Origin: Eledone cirrhosa
Lineage: Eukaryota
Length of the DNA stretch: 64,000 nucleotides
Assembly (NCBI GenBank): GCA_964016885.1
Contig: OZ024748.1
Coordinates: forward strand, 16,182,001 to 16,246,000
Direction of reading: 5' to 3'
A program made the position numbers and the translations under genes. Positions within the stretch are counted from its first letter, which is position 1, and every line of letters starts with the position of its first letter. Of the stretch, positions 53,765-64,000 are shown piece after piece. The notes below the pieces were generated by a model. That model was not told the origin of the DNA. It saw only the letters and a list, made by a program, of their open reading frames with translations, and ran no database searches.

Positions 53765-54053
53765 AGACTATATATATGTGTTTGTGTCTATATTATATCG
53801 GTATTTTTGACTGTTGGTCAATCAATAGTAACATTGAGGACCGAATATATTAAATTAACCGATATAAAAGACACAGAAGCGAAAACCAACCAAACAGTGA
53901 GTGTGTTCTGTTATTAATTCTGGCAATATTATTACACAAATATGACCCTCCCCAAGTATAACAATATATATATATATATGTATATATATAAGTTGTGTTT
54001 TGTGGCAGAGTAACTGTATTAATGTGGTGAGTCCTTTGTTGATTCAGGTTTGT

Positions 54054-54086
<33 letters not shown>

Positions 54087-54152
54087 ATGTGTATATATAT
54101 ATACTTTGTTATATATATGTGTATGTGTATATATATATATATGTATATATAT

Positions 54153-54352
54153 AAAAGGGAAGAAGTATGACCCCGACGGCAGAGCTCAAGCCGTTTCGAC
54201 GGCTATTTCTGGCTAGTCCAGAAATACCTGTCGAGACGGCTTGAGCTCTGCCATCAGGGTCATACTTTTTTCCTTTTTCCCACTCTACTATCCTAAGTAT
54301 TGAGTACTCTGGTGCGTTATGGTCCTTCTGGTTCCTTACCACAATTCCTTTG

Positions 54353-54355
<3 letters not shown>
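54153..54355 (+). mobile_element. Penelope-like pLTR end with a near-perfect hairpin of about 60-bp arms (54153-54277)
   Basis: aaaagggaagaagtatgacc...ctgg-ctagt-ccag...ggtcatacttttttcctttt. The 3' end matches the reverse copy at 19256-19320. TA-flanked on both sides. Confidence 0.65.
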
Positions 54356-54387
<32 letters not shown>

Positions 54388-54429
54388 TTGTGTTTTGTGG
54401 CAGAGTGGCTGTATTAACATGATGGGTCT

Positions 54430-54582
54430 TTAGGAAGGGCATCCAGCTGTAAAAATCAAGCCAGAATCAGTTCCCATATGAGCAAGACAAGATCAGCCGA
54501 CCAGACACTGCCCACAACAGGACAACCCGTCTAACCCATGCGAGCGTGGAAGAATGGACGTAAAACGCTGATGATGATGATG
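54430..54582 (+). mobile_element. RTE 3'-UTR-derived short element
   Basis: taggaagggcatccagc...ccatgcgagcgtggaa...gatgatg. A reverse copy lies at 55267-55480. Confidence 0.8.
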
Positions 54583-54682
54583 AAGTCTCTCTCTTGCAAT
54601 TTATGATCTTACATCTGTTTGTCTGCTTTTTTTCATTATTTGCTAATGTTCTTGATACGTGTTGTGTTGAATTAAATCTTTC

Positions 54683-54811
54683 TGAATACTCCTGAAGATA
54701 TGCATGTGAGTTTATATAGTATGTGAATAATTATTAATTAATTATGACAGTTTCATTCTTTACATGTTTATACAAGTTTTTCCCCTGTATAGAAACGATT
54801 GTAGAGATTCA
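54683..54811 (+). ncRNA. Hammerhead motif with a stem II insertion of about 93 nt
   Basis: Stem I UGAAU-a-CUC/GAG-AUUCA, core CUGAAGA (54692-54698), stem II base UAUGCA/UGUAUA, GAAA (54792-54795), stem III A-CGAUUG-U, site GUA. Confidence 0.65.
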
Positions 54812-55027
54812 AGATGGATCTGATCTAAAACCTTGTTTTCTTCAAATTAACAACAAGAACTTTAACCTTTGGAAAACCCTTCCAATTAATTGAATTCCTA
54901 CTTACTGCAAACCTCAAGTGTGCACTGATCTTTTCACACTTTACCAAAAAATCTATGGTGAACTATTCCATTATAAGTACTCTGCTATAAGATACAGTTT
55001 TGTCTTGTCTCTTACTCCAATGGACAG

Positions 55028-55097
55028 TGTTTTGGCTTGTGTCTGATGCTGTGGCACTGGGTGGACCAGCAGTACCATTGATAGGAGTTGAAACTGA
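55028..55097 (+). other. Candidate 70-nt exon
   Basis: ttttgtcttgtcttttactccaatggacag|TG...GAAACTGA|GTAAGT. One frame is open (FWLVSDAVALGGPAVPLIGVET). Confidence 0.25.
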
Positions 55098-56119
55098 GTA
55101 AGTCCATCTCAATGGCCAATGAGCCTTGACTTTTGTATCTTTTGTTTGTGTTTTTATTTTCAAAAAAATTATTTTTTAAGGTTTCCCCTTAAAAAAAGTT
55201 GTTTTCTGTTTTGCCTTTTTTTGTTTGTTGTCTTGTCCTCTCTTTGTTAATTTTCCTAAGTTTATATCATCATCATCGTTTTACGTCCATTCTTCCATGC
55301 TAGCATGGGTTAGACGGATTGTCCTGTTGTGGGTAGTGTCCGGTCGGCTGACCTTGTCTTGCTCATATGGGAACTGACTGGCTTGATTTCTGTAGCTGGA
55401 TGCCCTTCCTAACGCCAACCTCATTTACAGTGTGGACTGGGAGCCTTTTTACCGTGTCTCCTACTTGACCACATTACAGCGTGGTGGTGGTGATTGTTAT
55501 TACATGAGCAGCTTTTAGTACTTTCAATAAATACTGAAAACAAAATAAAATTCTGAGCACTCTCCTTCTTTCTCTCTTCTCTCTTTTCTTCCTTGCTCCT
55601 ATTCTCTCTCTTCTCTCTCTCCTTTGCTGCACTTTACATTTTGTCTCTCTCTCTCTTCCCTGTTCTTTCTATTTTCTCTCTCTCTCTCCTCTTCCCTTCC
55701 CTGCTCTTTCTATTTCCTCTACCTCTCTGTCACTCACTCTCTCTACTCTCTCTCACTCACTCTAATTTCTCTCTCACTCACTCTCTCTACTCACTCACTC
55801 TCTCTCTCTACTCTCTCTCACCCTCTCTCTCTAATAGTAAAAAGGTGCCCAAATTTCTAAACGATGATAATTGCAGCAAAGCAAACCAAAATCCTTTTAG
55901 GGAATTCTAAGGAAGAATGAAAACTACAATAACAATAAGAACAACAATAATAATAATAATAGTAATAATAATAATAATAATATATATATATTTTTTTTTA
56001 AATTATAATCAATGTGCTGTATTAACTGGCTTACCAATGCACACTGAATTTATTTGCCCTAGGTGTCAGGAAGACACTTGGAATATATCTCAGAAACAAT
56101 AATGAAAGAAAATAAAAAT

Positions 56120-56717
56120 GATTGTTTCTACTTTTGGCACAGAGCCAGCAATAACCCAGTGCATTACTGGTACTTTATTTTATCGACCCCATAAGGATGA
56201 AAGGCAAAGTCAACCTCGATGGGATTTGAACTCAGACCGTAAAGGGACGTAACTATGCTGGAAAGCATGGCATCCGACCCTCTACCGATAGCGGCTTGAT
56301 ATTCATTTCAACAAACTTTCCAGTTAAATAACATCAATGCCTGAGACTCAAAGAACAATAATAATAATAATAATAATAATAATAATTGTTTCTACTTTTG
56401 GCACAAGCCCAGCAATTACCCAGTGTACGTTATTTTATCGACCCCATAAGGATGAAAGGCAAAGGCCGTAACTCTATGCGTCAAAGCATGGTGTCCGACC
56501 CTCTACCGATACTGCCAATCTACCACATAATAATTGTTTCTACTTTAGGCACAAGGCCAGCAATTACCCAGTTCATTACTGGTACTTTATTTTATCGACC
56601 CCGTAAGGATGACAGGCAAAGTCAACCTCGGCGTGATTTGAACTCAGATCGTAAAGGGACGTAACCAAGCTAGAATGCATGGCGTCCGACCCTCTACCGA
56701 TACTGCCAATCCACCGC
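56120..56717 (-). mobile_element. Tandem trio of tRNA-derived SINEs
   Basis: Same consensus, with (AAT)n spacers. Confidence 0.9.
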
Positions 56718-57834
56718 ATAATAATGATTTCCAATCGTAATAATAATAGTAATAATAATATTAATAATAACGACAACAACAACAACAACAACGACGATGA
56801 TGATGCTGATGATGATGATAGTAAGAGCAACAAACAGAAACTTTTGAATTTTTCACTCATCATGAAACAAACAAATAACACAAACAACACAAAACAAAAC
56901 AAACATGTGATCTGAGTACAATTAATGAGTTAATACAACTGGGGAGGATTATTAAATCAAGTATGTTATGGAAAGCAATTAGTAAACCAATCAGCTGTTG
57001 TTGTTCTCAGAAATAACATAATAGATGGAATTCTCTATTAGCAAACATTTCAAACAGCAAGTAAAAATTCTTCACAAAATTTTACACTCTTTTATTCTTA
57101 ATGTCAACTGGTGCTGAGATTTCAGGTTTTTATCAGCTGTGACGAAATTAGTGCTACTTCATGCATTGGCACCCAAAGTCAACACCTGCTCGAAATCCAT
57201 CCATCCATCCATACATGACTGGACTTGGATTTGGGGATAAAGAGTCCAGCTCTCTAATTCATGGGCTACAAATAATCATGGTATCTGGCACCTTCAAAAT
57301 TTGCAAAACCTTCTTGCAATTCAAGGGATGACGATTTCTTTTCTTTTACAACCTTGCCACCAGGAAGGTGGCCAGTCAAAAATGTACTCGAAATTAAGAA
57401 AAAGAGAACATACGTACTTACATGCGTTCATACATACATACATGATGATGATGATAATGGCTGCAACTCAATTTCGACTAATGTCATCACTTGATACTTA
57501 AGCATGAACATCATGGACATGGCTTTTTAGTCCTGCTAGGGACTTGCCTATGGCCAGCAATGCCATGCATTGCAGAAAATGTCACATATCGAATGATGCC
57601 TGTGCTTGAAGCTTTTCTAAGCGAGGAAAGGCTTTGCATGAGGCCAATCCCACTCTCTGAACATCAAATGCATTTACCCAAAATGTAGAACTGGTTTACA
57701 TAATTGGATGGAAATGAAGTCGCAGGTTTTATATCAGAGTGACCTTCTCCTAGAGAGATGTCTTAATGAAAACTAGCAGTCTTTAAAAAAAAACAAAAAA
57801 AAAAAAACCATTCATACATACATATGCACATACA

Positions 57835-58020
57835 GTGAATTGGCAGTATCGGTAGAGGGTCAGACACCATGCTTTCTAGCATAGTTATGTCCCTTTATGA
57901 TCTGAGTTCAAATCCCGCTGAGGTTAACTTTGCCTTTCATCCTTACGGGGGTCGATAAAATAAAGTACTAGTAATATACTGGGTTATTGCTGGCCTTGTG
58001 CCAAAAAGTATAAACAATTA
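57835..58020 (+). mobile_element. tRNA-derived SINE, plus orientation
   Basis: tggcagtatcggtagaggg...gagttcaaatccc. Confidence 0.9.
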
Positions 58021-59279
58021 TTTTAAGCTTGTATATTTGCACCCAATGCTATGGAAATTGAGGTAAGCACTGGACTGATGAACCTCTGGGCACAAGACAC
58101 TTTAGACATTTACCAAGAAAGTTAGGCCATAGGTACACCATATCCCAGCATGCATAAGATCTGATCAAAGGGTTGGTATCAGAAAAGGGCAACCAGTCAT
58201 GAAACATTGCTTTAAAAAAGGTAACAAAGGACTCCATAACGAATATGAGGTCTGCTTTTGAAGAAAAAATGACCTTACGGTACCTCTTTTGAAAGTGGAT
58301 TTCTAATGAAATAAACCTCATTTCAATTAATTGGTGCAGAATGTTGAAGGATTTACTATATTATCAATTATTTCATTACTAATATTGTAACTTAACATAA
58401 GGTTTCTATAACAAATTATAATTTAACTAGGAACCCTTTTAAATAAGTGGTTGTTTCATCGATTCATGGATGGTTTTTGCTGAGCTAGCATCAAAAGGGT
58501 TAATATCACATTATTGAAAATGCATCTTTTGTCATTAATTTCCTAATGAAGTACACTTTAGTTTATTTATTGAAGATATTTTGAGTGATTTATGTAAATT
58601 ATTATACCAGTACTTAGAAAAGTAATTTAGCATGTGATTCTTATAGAAAATTATTTTGGAAGATTTAAATTTAAATATAAAAAACTTTAAAATGTGTGAT
58701 ATTGTTTCATAGAGCCAGAGATGGTTTTGGCAAGGTTGGTATTGAAGAGGTTAAAATACTTGTCATCGTTGTTGTTAGTTGTTATTGTTAGGTGGAAGTT
58801 ATCCTTCTATCATCTTTCTATCAGATATTACAACCTAGAAAGCTGATTCAGTAAATATTTTTGATGAACAAGATATTTCCAAATATCTTTAAAAGACTAC
58901 TGTAGCAGTGAAAATGAACTCCATTTTCTCAATAAAATCTTTAGGCAAAATAAACAGATGTTTTTGCTAAATTACATGTGATATAACTAATTCTTTCTAT
59001 TTTTTGTTTGTTTATATATAATTTTTTTCCACTGAAATTTATGTGTTTAGTCTTAATAAGGCCTGAAATATTTAACAAAATGGATTATTTCAGCTTAACA
59101 CTAATTACAATTGTGATTTGGAGGAACTTTATATTTTGTTGCTACGTTTTTTTCACCCCCAAACTCATCTTTCTACCACCATTACTACAGCCATCACCTA
59201 CAAAACGCACCCTCCCTCTTTATCATTTCAATACATAACCAACCCAGCCCCTAAAAAACTCTGCTATCATTATTGCTAA

Positions 59280-59820
59280 CACTACCACCATCAACATTAT
59301 AACTGCAGCAGCACCAACTCCATTATTACCACACCACCACCACCATCACAATTACCACACCACCACCATCACAATTATCACACCACCACCACCACCCTCA
59401 CAATTACTACACCACCACCACCACCCTCACAGTTACCACACCACTACCACCACCATCACAATTACCACACCACCACCATCACAGTTATCACACCACCACC
59501 CTCACAATTATCACACCACCACCACCTCCATCACAATTACCACACCACCACCACCACCCTCACAATTACCACACCACCACCACCACCCTCACAATTACCA
59601 CACCACCACCACCTCCATCACAATTACCACACCACCACCATCACAATTACCACACCACCACCCTCACAATTACCACATCACCATCACAATTACCACACCA
59701 CCACCACCACCACAATTACCACACCACCACCACCACCACAATTACCACACCACCATCACAATTACCAGACCACCACCATCACACCACCACCACCACCACC
59801 ACCATCACAGCACTACCACC
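59280..59820. repeat. (CAC)n-derived minisatellite (acaattaccacaccaccaccatc)
   Basis: Tandem units of about 20-29 bp. Confidence 0.92.
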
Positions 59821-60046
59821 TCCTTCAATGATAACATACTAACCATTTATACTTCTTCTTCAAATTTGTTGCATTTTATCGGGGTATCACTGTGCTCCTC
59901 CCACATTCTTGTTTCATTATCTGTAGAGGGTCGGACGCCATGCTTTGCAGCATAGAGTTACGGCCCTTGCACTTCTGAGTTCAAATCCTGCCGAGGTTAA
60001 CTTTGCCTTTCATCCTTACGGGGTCGATGAATTAAAGTACCAGTAA

Positions 60047-60990
60047 TCATCATCACCGGTTTACGTCCGTTCTTCCACGCTAGCATGGGTTTGACGGGTT
60101 GTCCTGTTGTGGGCAATGTTAGGTCAGGTGACCATGCCTTGCTCATATGGGAACTGATTCTGGCTTGATTTCTACAGCTGGATGCACTTCCTAACACCAA
60201 CCTCATTTACAGTGTGGGCTGGGTGCTTTTTTTCCGTGGCACCTCCACAACCCCTTTACAGTGTGGGCTGGGTGCTTTTTTTCCATTACACCTCCACAAC
60301 CCCTTTACAGTGTGGGCTGGGTGCTTTTTTTCCGTGGCACCTCCACAACCCCTTTACAGTGTAGGCTGGGTGCTTTTTTTCCGTGGCACCTCCACGACCA
60401 CTTTACAGTGTGGTCTGGGTGCTTTTTTTCCGTGGCACCTCCACGACCACTTTACAGTGTGGTCTGGGTGCTTTTTTTCCGTGGCACCTCCACAACCCCT
60501 TTACAGTGTAGGCTGGGTGCTTTTTTTCCGTGGCATCTCCACGACCACTTTACAGTGTGGTCTGGGTGCTTTTTTTCCGTGGCACCTCCACGACCACTTT
60601 ACAGTGTAGGCTGGGTGCTTTTTTTCCGTGGCATCTCCACGATCAATTTACAGTGTGGGCTGGGTGCTTTTTTGCCATGGCGCTTCCATGACCACTTTAC
60701 AGTGTGGGCTGGGTGCTTTTTTGCTGTGGTGCCTCCACGATCAATTTACAGTGTGGGCTGGGTGCTTTTTTGCCGTGGTGCCTCCATGACCACTTTACAG
60801 TGTGGGCTGGGTGCTTTTTTGCTGTGGTGCCTCCATGACCACTTTACAGTGTGGGCTGGGTGCTTTTTTGCCGTGGCGCCTCCATGACCACTTTACAGTG
60901 GGAGGGGTGGGGGCATATTGTCTATATGCTTCAGCTTCGGCTTGTACACGTGGGGGGTCGGGTCTTCTGTATTACTGCGCGACGCAGTAA
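60047..60990 (-). mobile_element. RTE 3'-end element with an internal unit of about 50 bp expanded about 14-fold
   Basis: Unit tttacagtgtgggctgggtgcttttttccgtggcacctccacgaccac is repeated across 60207-60900. The flanks match RTE 3' UTR 28920-29270. Confidence 0.9.
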
Positions 60991-61002
60991 TACAAATTAT
61001 GA

Positions 61003-61915
61003 ACACCACTATCACCACCACTAACACCACTACAGCACCACTATCACCACTACAGTACCATCACCACCACTACAGCACCATTACCACCACCACCACTATC
61101 ACCCATACAACACCACCACCCCCATTATCACCACTACTGCACCATTACCACCACCACTATCACCACTACAACACCACTACCACCACCACTATCACCCATA
61201 CAACACATCACCATCATTATCACCACTACCACCACCACTATCACCACTACAGCACCACTATCACCACCATTACCACCACTACAGCACCATTACCACCACC
61301 ACTATCACCACTACAACACCATTACCACCACCACTAGCACCCATACAACACCATCACCACCACTATCACCATTACACCACCACTATCACCACTACAACAC
61401 CATCACCACCACCACCACCACTACAACACCATTACCACCACCACTATCACCACTACAACACCATTACCACCACCATTAACACCACTACAACACCACTACC
61501 ACCACCACTATCACCCATACAACACCATCACCACCACTATAACCACTATAACACCAGCATCACCACCACTATCACCACTACAACACCACTACCACCACCA
61601 CCACTACAACACCACTACCACCACTACAACACCACTACCACCACCACTATCACCCATACAGCACCATCACCACCACTATAACCACTATAACACCACCATC
61701 ACCACCACTATAACACCACCATCACCACCACTATCACCACTACAACACCATTACCACCACCACTAACACCACTACAACACCACTACCACCACTACTATCA
61801 CCCATACAACACCATCACCACCACTATAACCACTATAACACCGCCATCACCACCACCACTACAACACCACTACAACACCACTACTACCACCCATACACCT
61901 CCACAACCACCACCA
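61003..61915. repeat. (CAC/CTA)n low-complexity tract
   Basis: Simple repeat. Confidence 0.95.
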
Positions 61916-62099
61916 TTTTTCTCACCGCAAGAACTATGTTTTCAGCTCAGAATACACAGATTTGGAACAGAAGATGTTAGGCACCAAATTTAACACTGTG
62001 TCATTGTTTGACAGGAATTATTTTAAGATGGTTTGTTAATTCAAATGTTTATAGTGTCATTGCCAGTGGAGAGATTGTAGTAAATATTATCAGTATAAG

Positions 62100-62288
62100 A
62101 GGGGCGGTGGATTGGTAGTATCGGTAGAGGGTCGGACGCCATGCTTTCCAGCATAGTTACGTCCCTTTACAATCTAAGTTCAAACCCGCCGAGGTTGACT
62201 TTGCCTTTCATCCTTACGGGGTCGATAAAATAAAGTACCAGTAATGCACTGGGTAATTGCTGGCCTTCTTGTGCCTAAAGTAGAAACA
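62100..62288 (+). mobile_element. Young full-length SINE with a 14-bp target-site duplication
   Basis: attatcagtataag at 62086-62099 and 62289-62302. Confidence 0.92.
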
Positions 62289-62847
62289 ATTATCAGTATA
62301 AGTGTTATACATGAATAATAATGGTTTCTACTTTAGGAACAAGGCCAGCAATTTAAAGGAGAGGGGAAAGTCGATTAAATTGACCCCAGTGTTCACTGGT
62401 ACTTTATTTTATCTACCCCGTAAGGATGAAAAGCAAAGCTAACCTTGGTGGGATTTGAACTCAGAACATCAAGGGCCGTAACTCTATGCCACGAAGCATG
62501 ATATCTGACACTCTACTGATTTAGTCAATCCATTACCATTATATATGAATAATAATTGCTTCTACTTTTGGCACAAGGCCAGCAATTACCCCAATGCATT
62601 ACTGGTGCTTTATTTTATTGAACCTGTGAGGACAAAAGGCAAAGCTAATCTCGGTGGGATTAGAACTCCGAAAGTAAATGGCGGTAACTCTATGCTGTGA
62701 AATGGTGTCTGGCGCTCTACTGATTCTGCCAATCCATCACCCTTATACAGGAATAATAATGCAGTCATACTGATGTTTTTTGATTTTCAAGAAAGTCTCA
62801 TTAATATGGCTCCATCTGGTAAAGGATAATTTTAAATACATTGTTAA

Positions 62848-63067
62848 CCCTTTAGTGTTCAAACCGGCCAAAACCGACCTGAATTCTCTACCTCTTTCTG
62901 TTGAAACTGGCTGTAACTGGTCACTCAAACTGATGTTAAGGTATTGTTCTCAAAATAAATACTTTTAAAATCTCATAGATTCGATATTATGAGATAATTA
63001 TGTGAGGTAAAAGCTTTACTATGAAAATATAATTGTATATATATAAAGTAATGTGAATGCTAAAGGG
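62848..63067. mobile_element. TTAA-MITE copy 4
   Basis: TTAA-CCCTTTAGTGTTCA...TGAATGCTAAAGGG-TTAA. Confidence 0.85.
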
Positions 63068-63094
63068 TTAAAAATGTAGGCAGATATGAAAATA

Positions 63095-63530
63095 AATGAA
63101 TAGGATATGAGAAGGCTTGAGAGAAATGAAGAGAGTATGGTTCAATGGATGTGCAATGTTAATATGAATAAATAGCAAAGCATAGATGCCCTGGAAGAAA
63201 AACTGGGTATAAAAGGAATCAAATGTATTGTACAAGAGAGAAGACTGTGCTGGTATTGATGAAAAAAAAATAGGTATAAGAAGAATCAAATAAAGTGTGA
63301 AAGAGAGAAGACCACACTGGTATTAACATGTGACGCATAAGTTGCCCATCAGGTAAAGTGTCAAGCGTTCCTAGTGGACAAAAGGTGCAATTGAGGAAGA
63401 CCAATAAGAACCAGAACAGAAGTCATGAGAATGTATCTTAAAATGCTAAACCTATCTGAGATGAAAAAGAAGGCAACAAATGGACGGAGGCTGTTCTTAA
63501 ATAGACCTGTCCACCCCACGCAAACATGGA
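63095..63530 (+). mobile_element. Old degenerate RTE 3' fragment
   Basis: RRLERNE.SMVQWMCN-like remnant. Confidence 0.65.
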
Positions 63531-63583
63531 ATAAATATATATATATATGGAGAGAGAGATATATGGATATAGATACATACATT

Positions 63584-63626
<43 letters not shown>

Positions 63627-63627
63627 A

Positions 63628-64000
63628 CAGGTAATACTAGGTGTCATACCAAAAGATTGGAGCAGTAGCATCATTGTCAACTGCTATAAAGGTAAAGGTG
63701 ATGCACTCGATAGAGGAAACTATATAGGTATAAAGCTGATGGACCAGGTCATGAAAGTAACAGAAAGAATGATAGCACAGTTGATTAGGGACCGGGTGAA
63801 ACTAGATGAGATGCAATTTGGGTTTGTACCAGGAAGAGGCACCACAGATGCCTTCTTCCTTGTGAGGCAGTTACAGGAAAAGGACCTAGCTAAAAGTAAG
63901 CCACTCTACCTGGCATTCGTTGATCTCGAGAAAGCCTTTGACAGAGTTCCACATGCTGTAATCTGGTGGGCTCTTAGAAAACTAGGAGTAGATGAATGGC
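63628..64000 (+). mobile_element. RTE-clade LINE reverse transcriptase fragment (continues past the window end)
   Basis: Open frame GVIPKDWSSSIIVNCYKGKGDALDRGNYIGIKLMDQ...QFGFVPGRGTTDA...LAFVDLEKAFDRVP. Confidence 0.93.

Larger units (their letters stand above)
52927..53967 (-). mobile_element. 5'-truncated Penelope-like retroelement: GIY-YIG C-terminus, pLTR and inverted pLTR copy
   Basis: About 360-bp inverted arms (52927-53288 and 53605-53967) enclose a loop encoding VLYEHDRQQHDGNIDNIEIRIISKHRNDPADRQIREDSEIELRRPRLNRKNEW. Confidence 0.85.

Noticed and set aside
62100-62200. tRNA gene
   Set aside because: The A and B boxes belong to a SINE head and no cloverleaf forms.

Overview
AT-rich eukaryotic (metazoan) genomic DNA, most likely intronic or intergenic sequence from a coleoid cephalopod such as Octopus. 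This is inferred from the SINE, RTE and MITE families and the extreme (TA)n/(GAT)n/(CAC)n load. No host protein-coding gene can be identified with confidence, and nearly all long ORFs in the track are microsatellite artefacts. The window holds a frameshifted DD37D (maT) Tc1/mariner element with TIRs, RTE-clade and R4/Dong-like LINE fragments, tRNA-derived SINEs (often in tandem arrays), TTAA-flanked MITEs, Helitron-like elements and several minisatellites. The most striking signal is a dense population of type-I hammerhead ribozyme-like motifs (about 11 well-formed, plus several decayed), reading CUGANGA-stem II-GAAA-short or palindromic stem III-NUH. Most sit next to (TA)n tracts, often inside long fold-back inverted repeats. 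One is directly linked to a GIY-YIG endonuclease C-terminus and a second probably is, which identifies them as pseudo-LTR remnants of several Penelope-like retroelement families. Three of the hammerheads have unusually long stem II insertions. A few low-confidence splice-site-bounded exon candidates, including a 21-nt microexon, are also noted.
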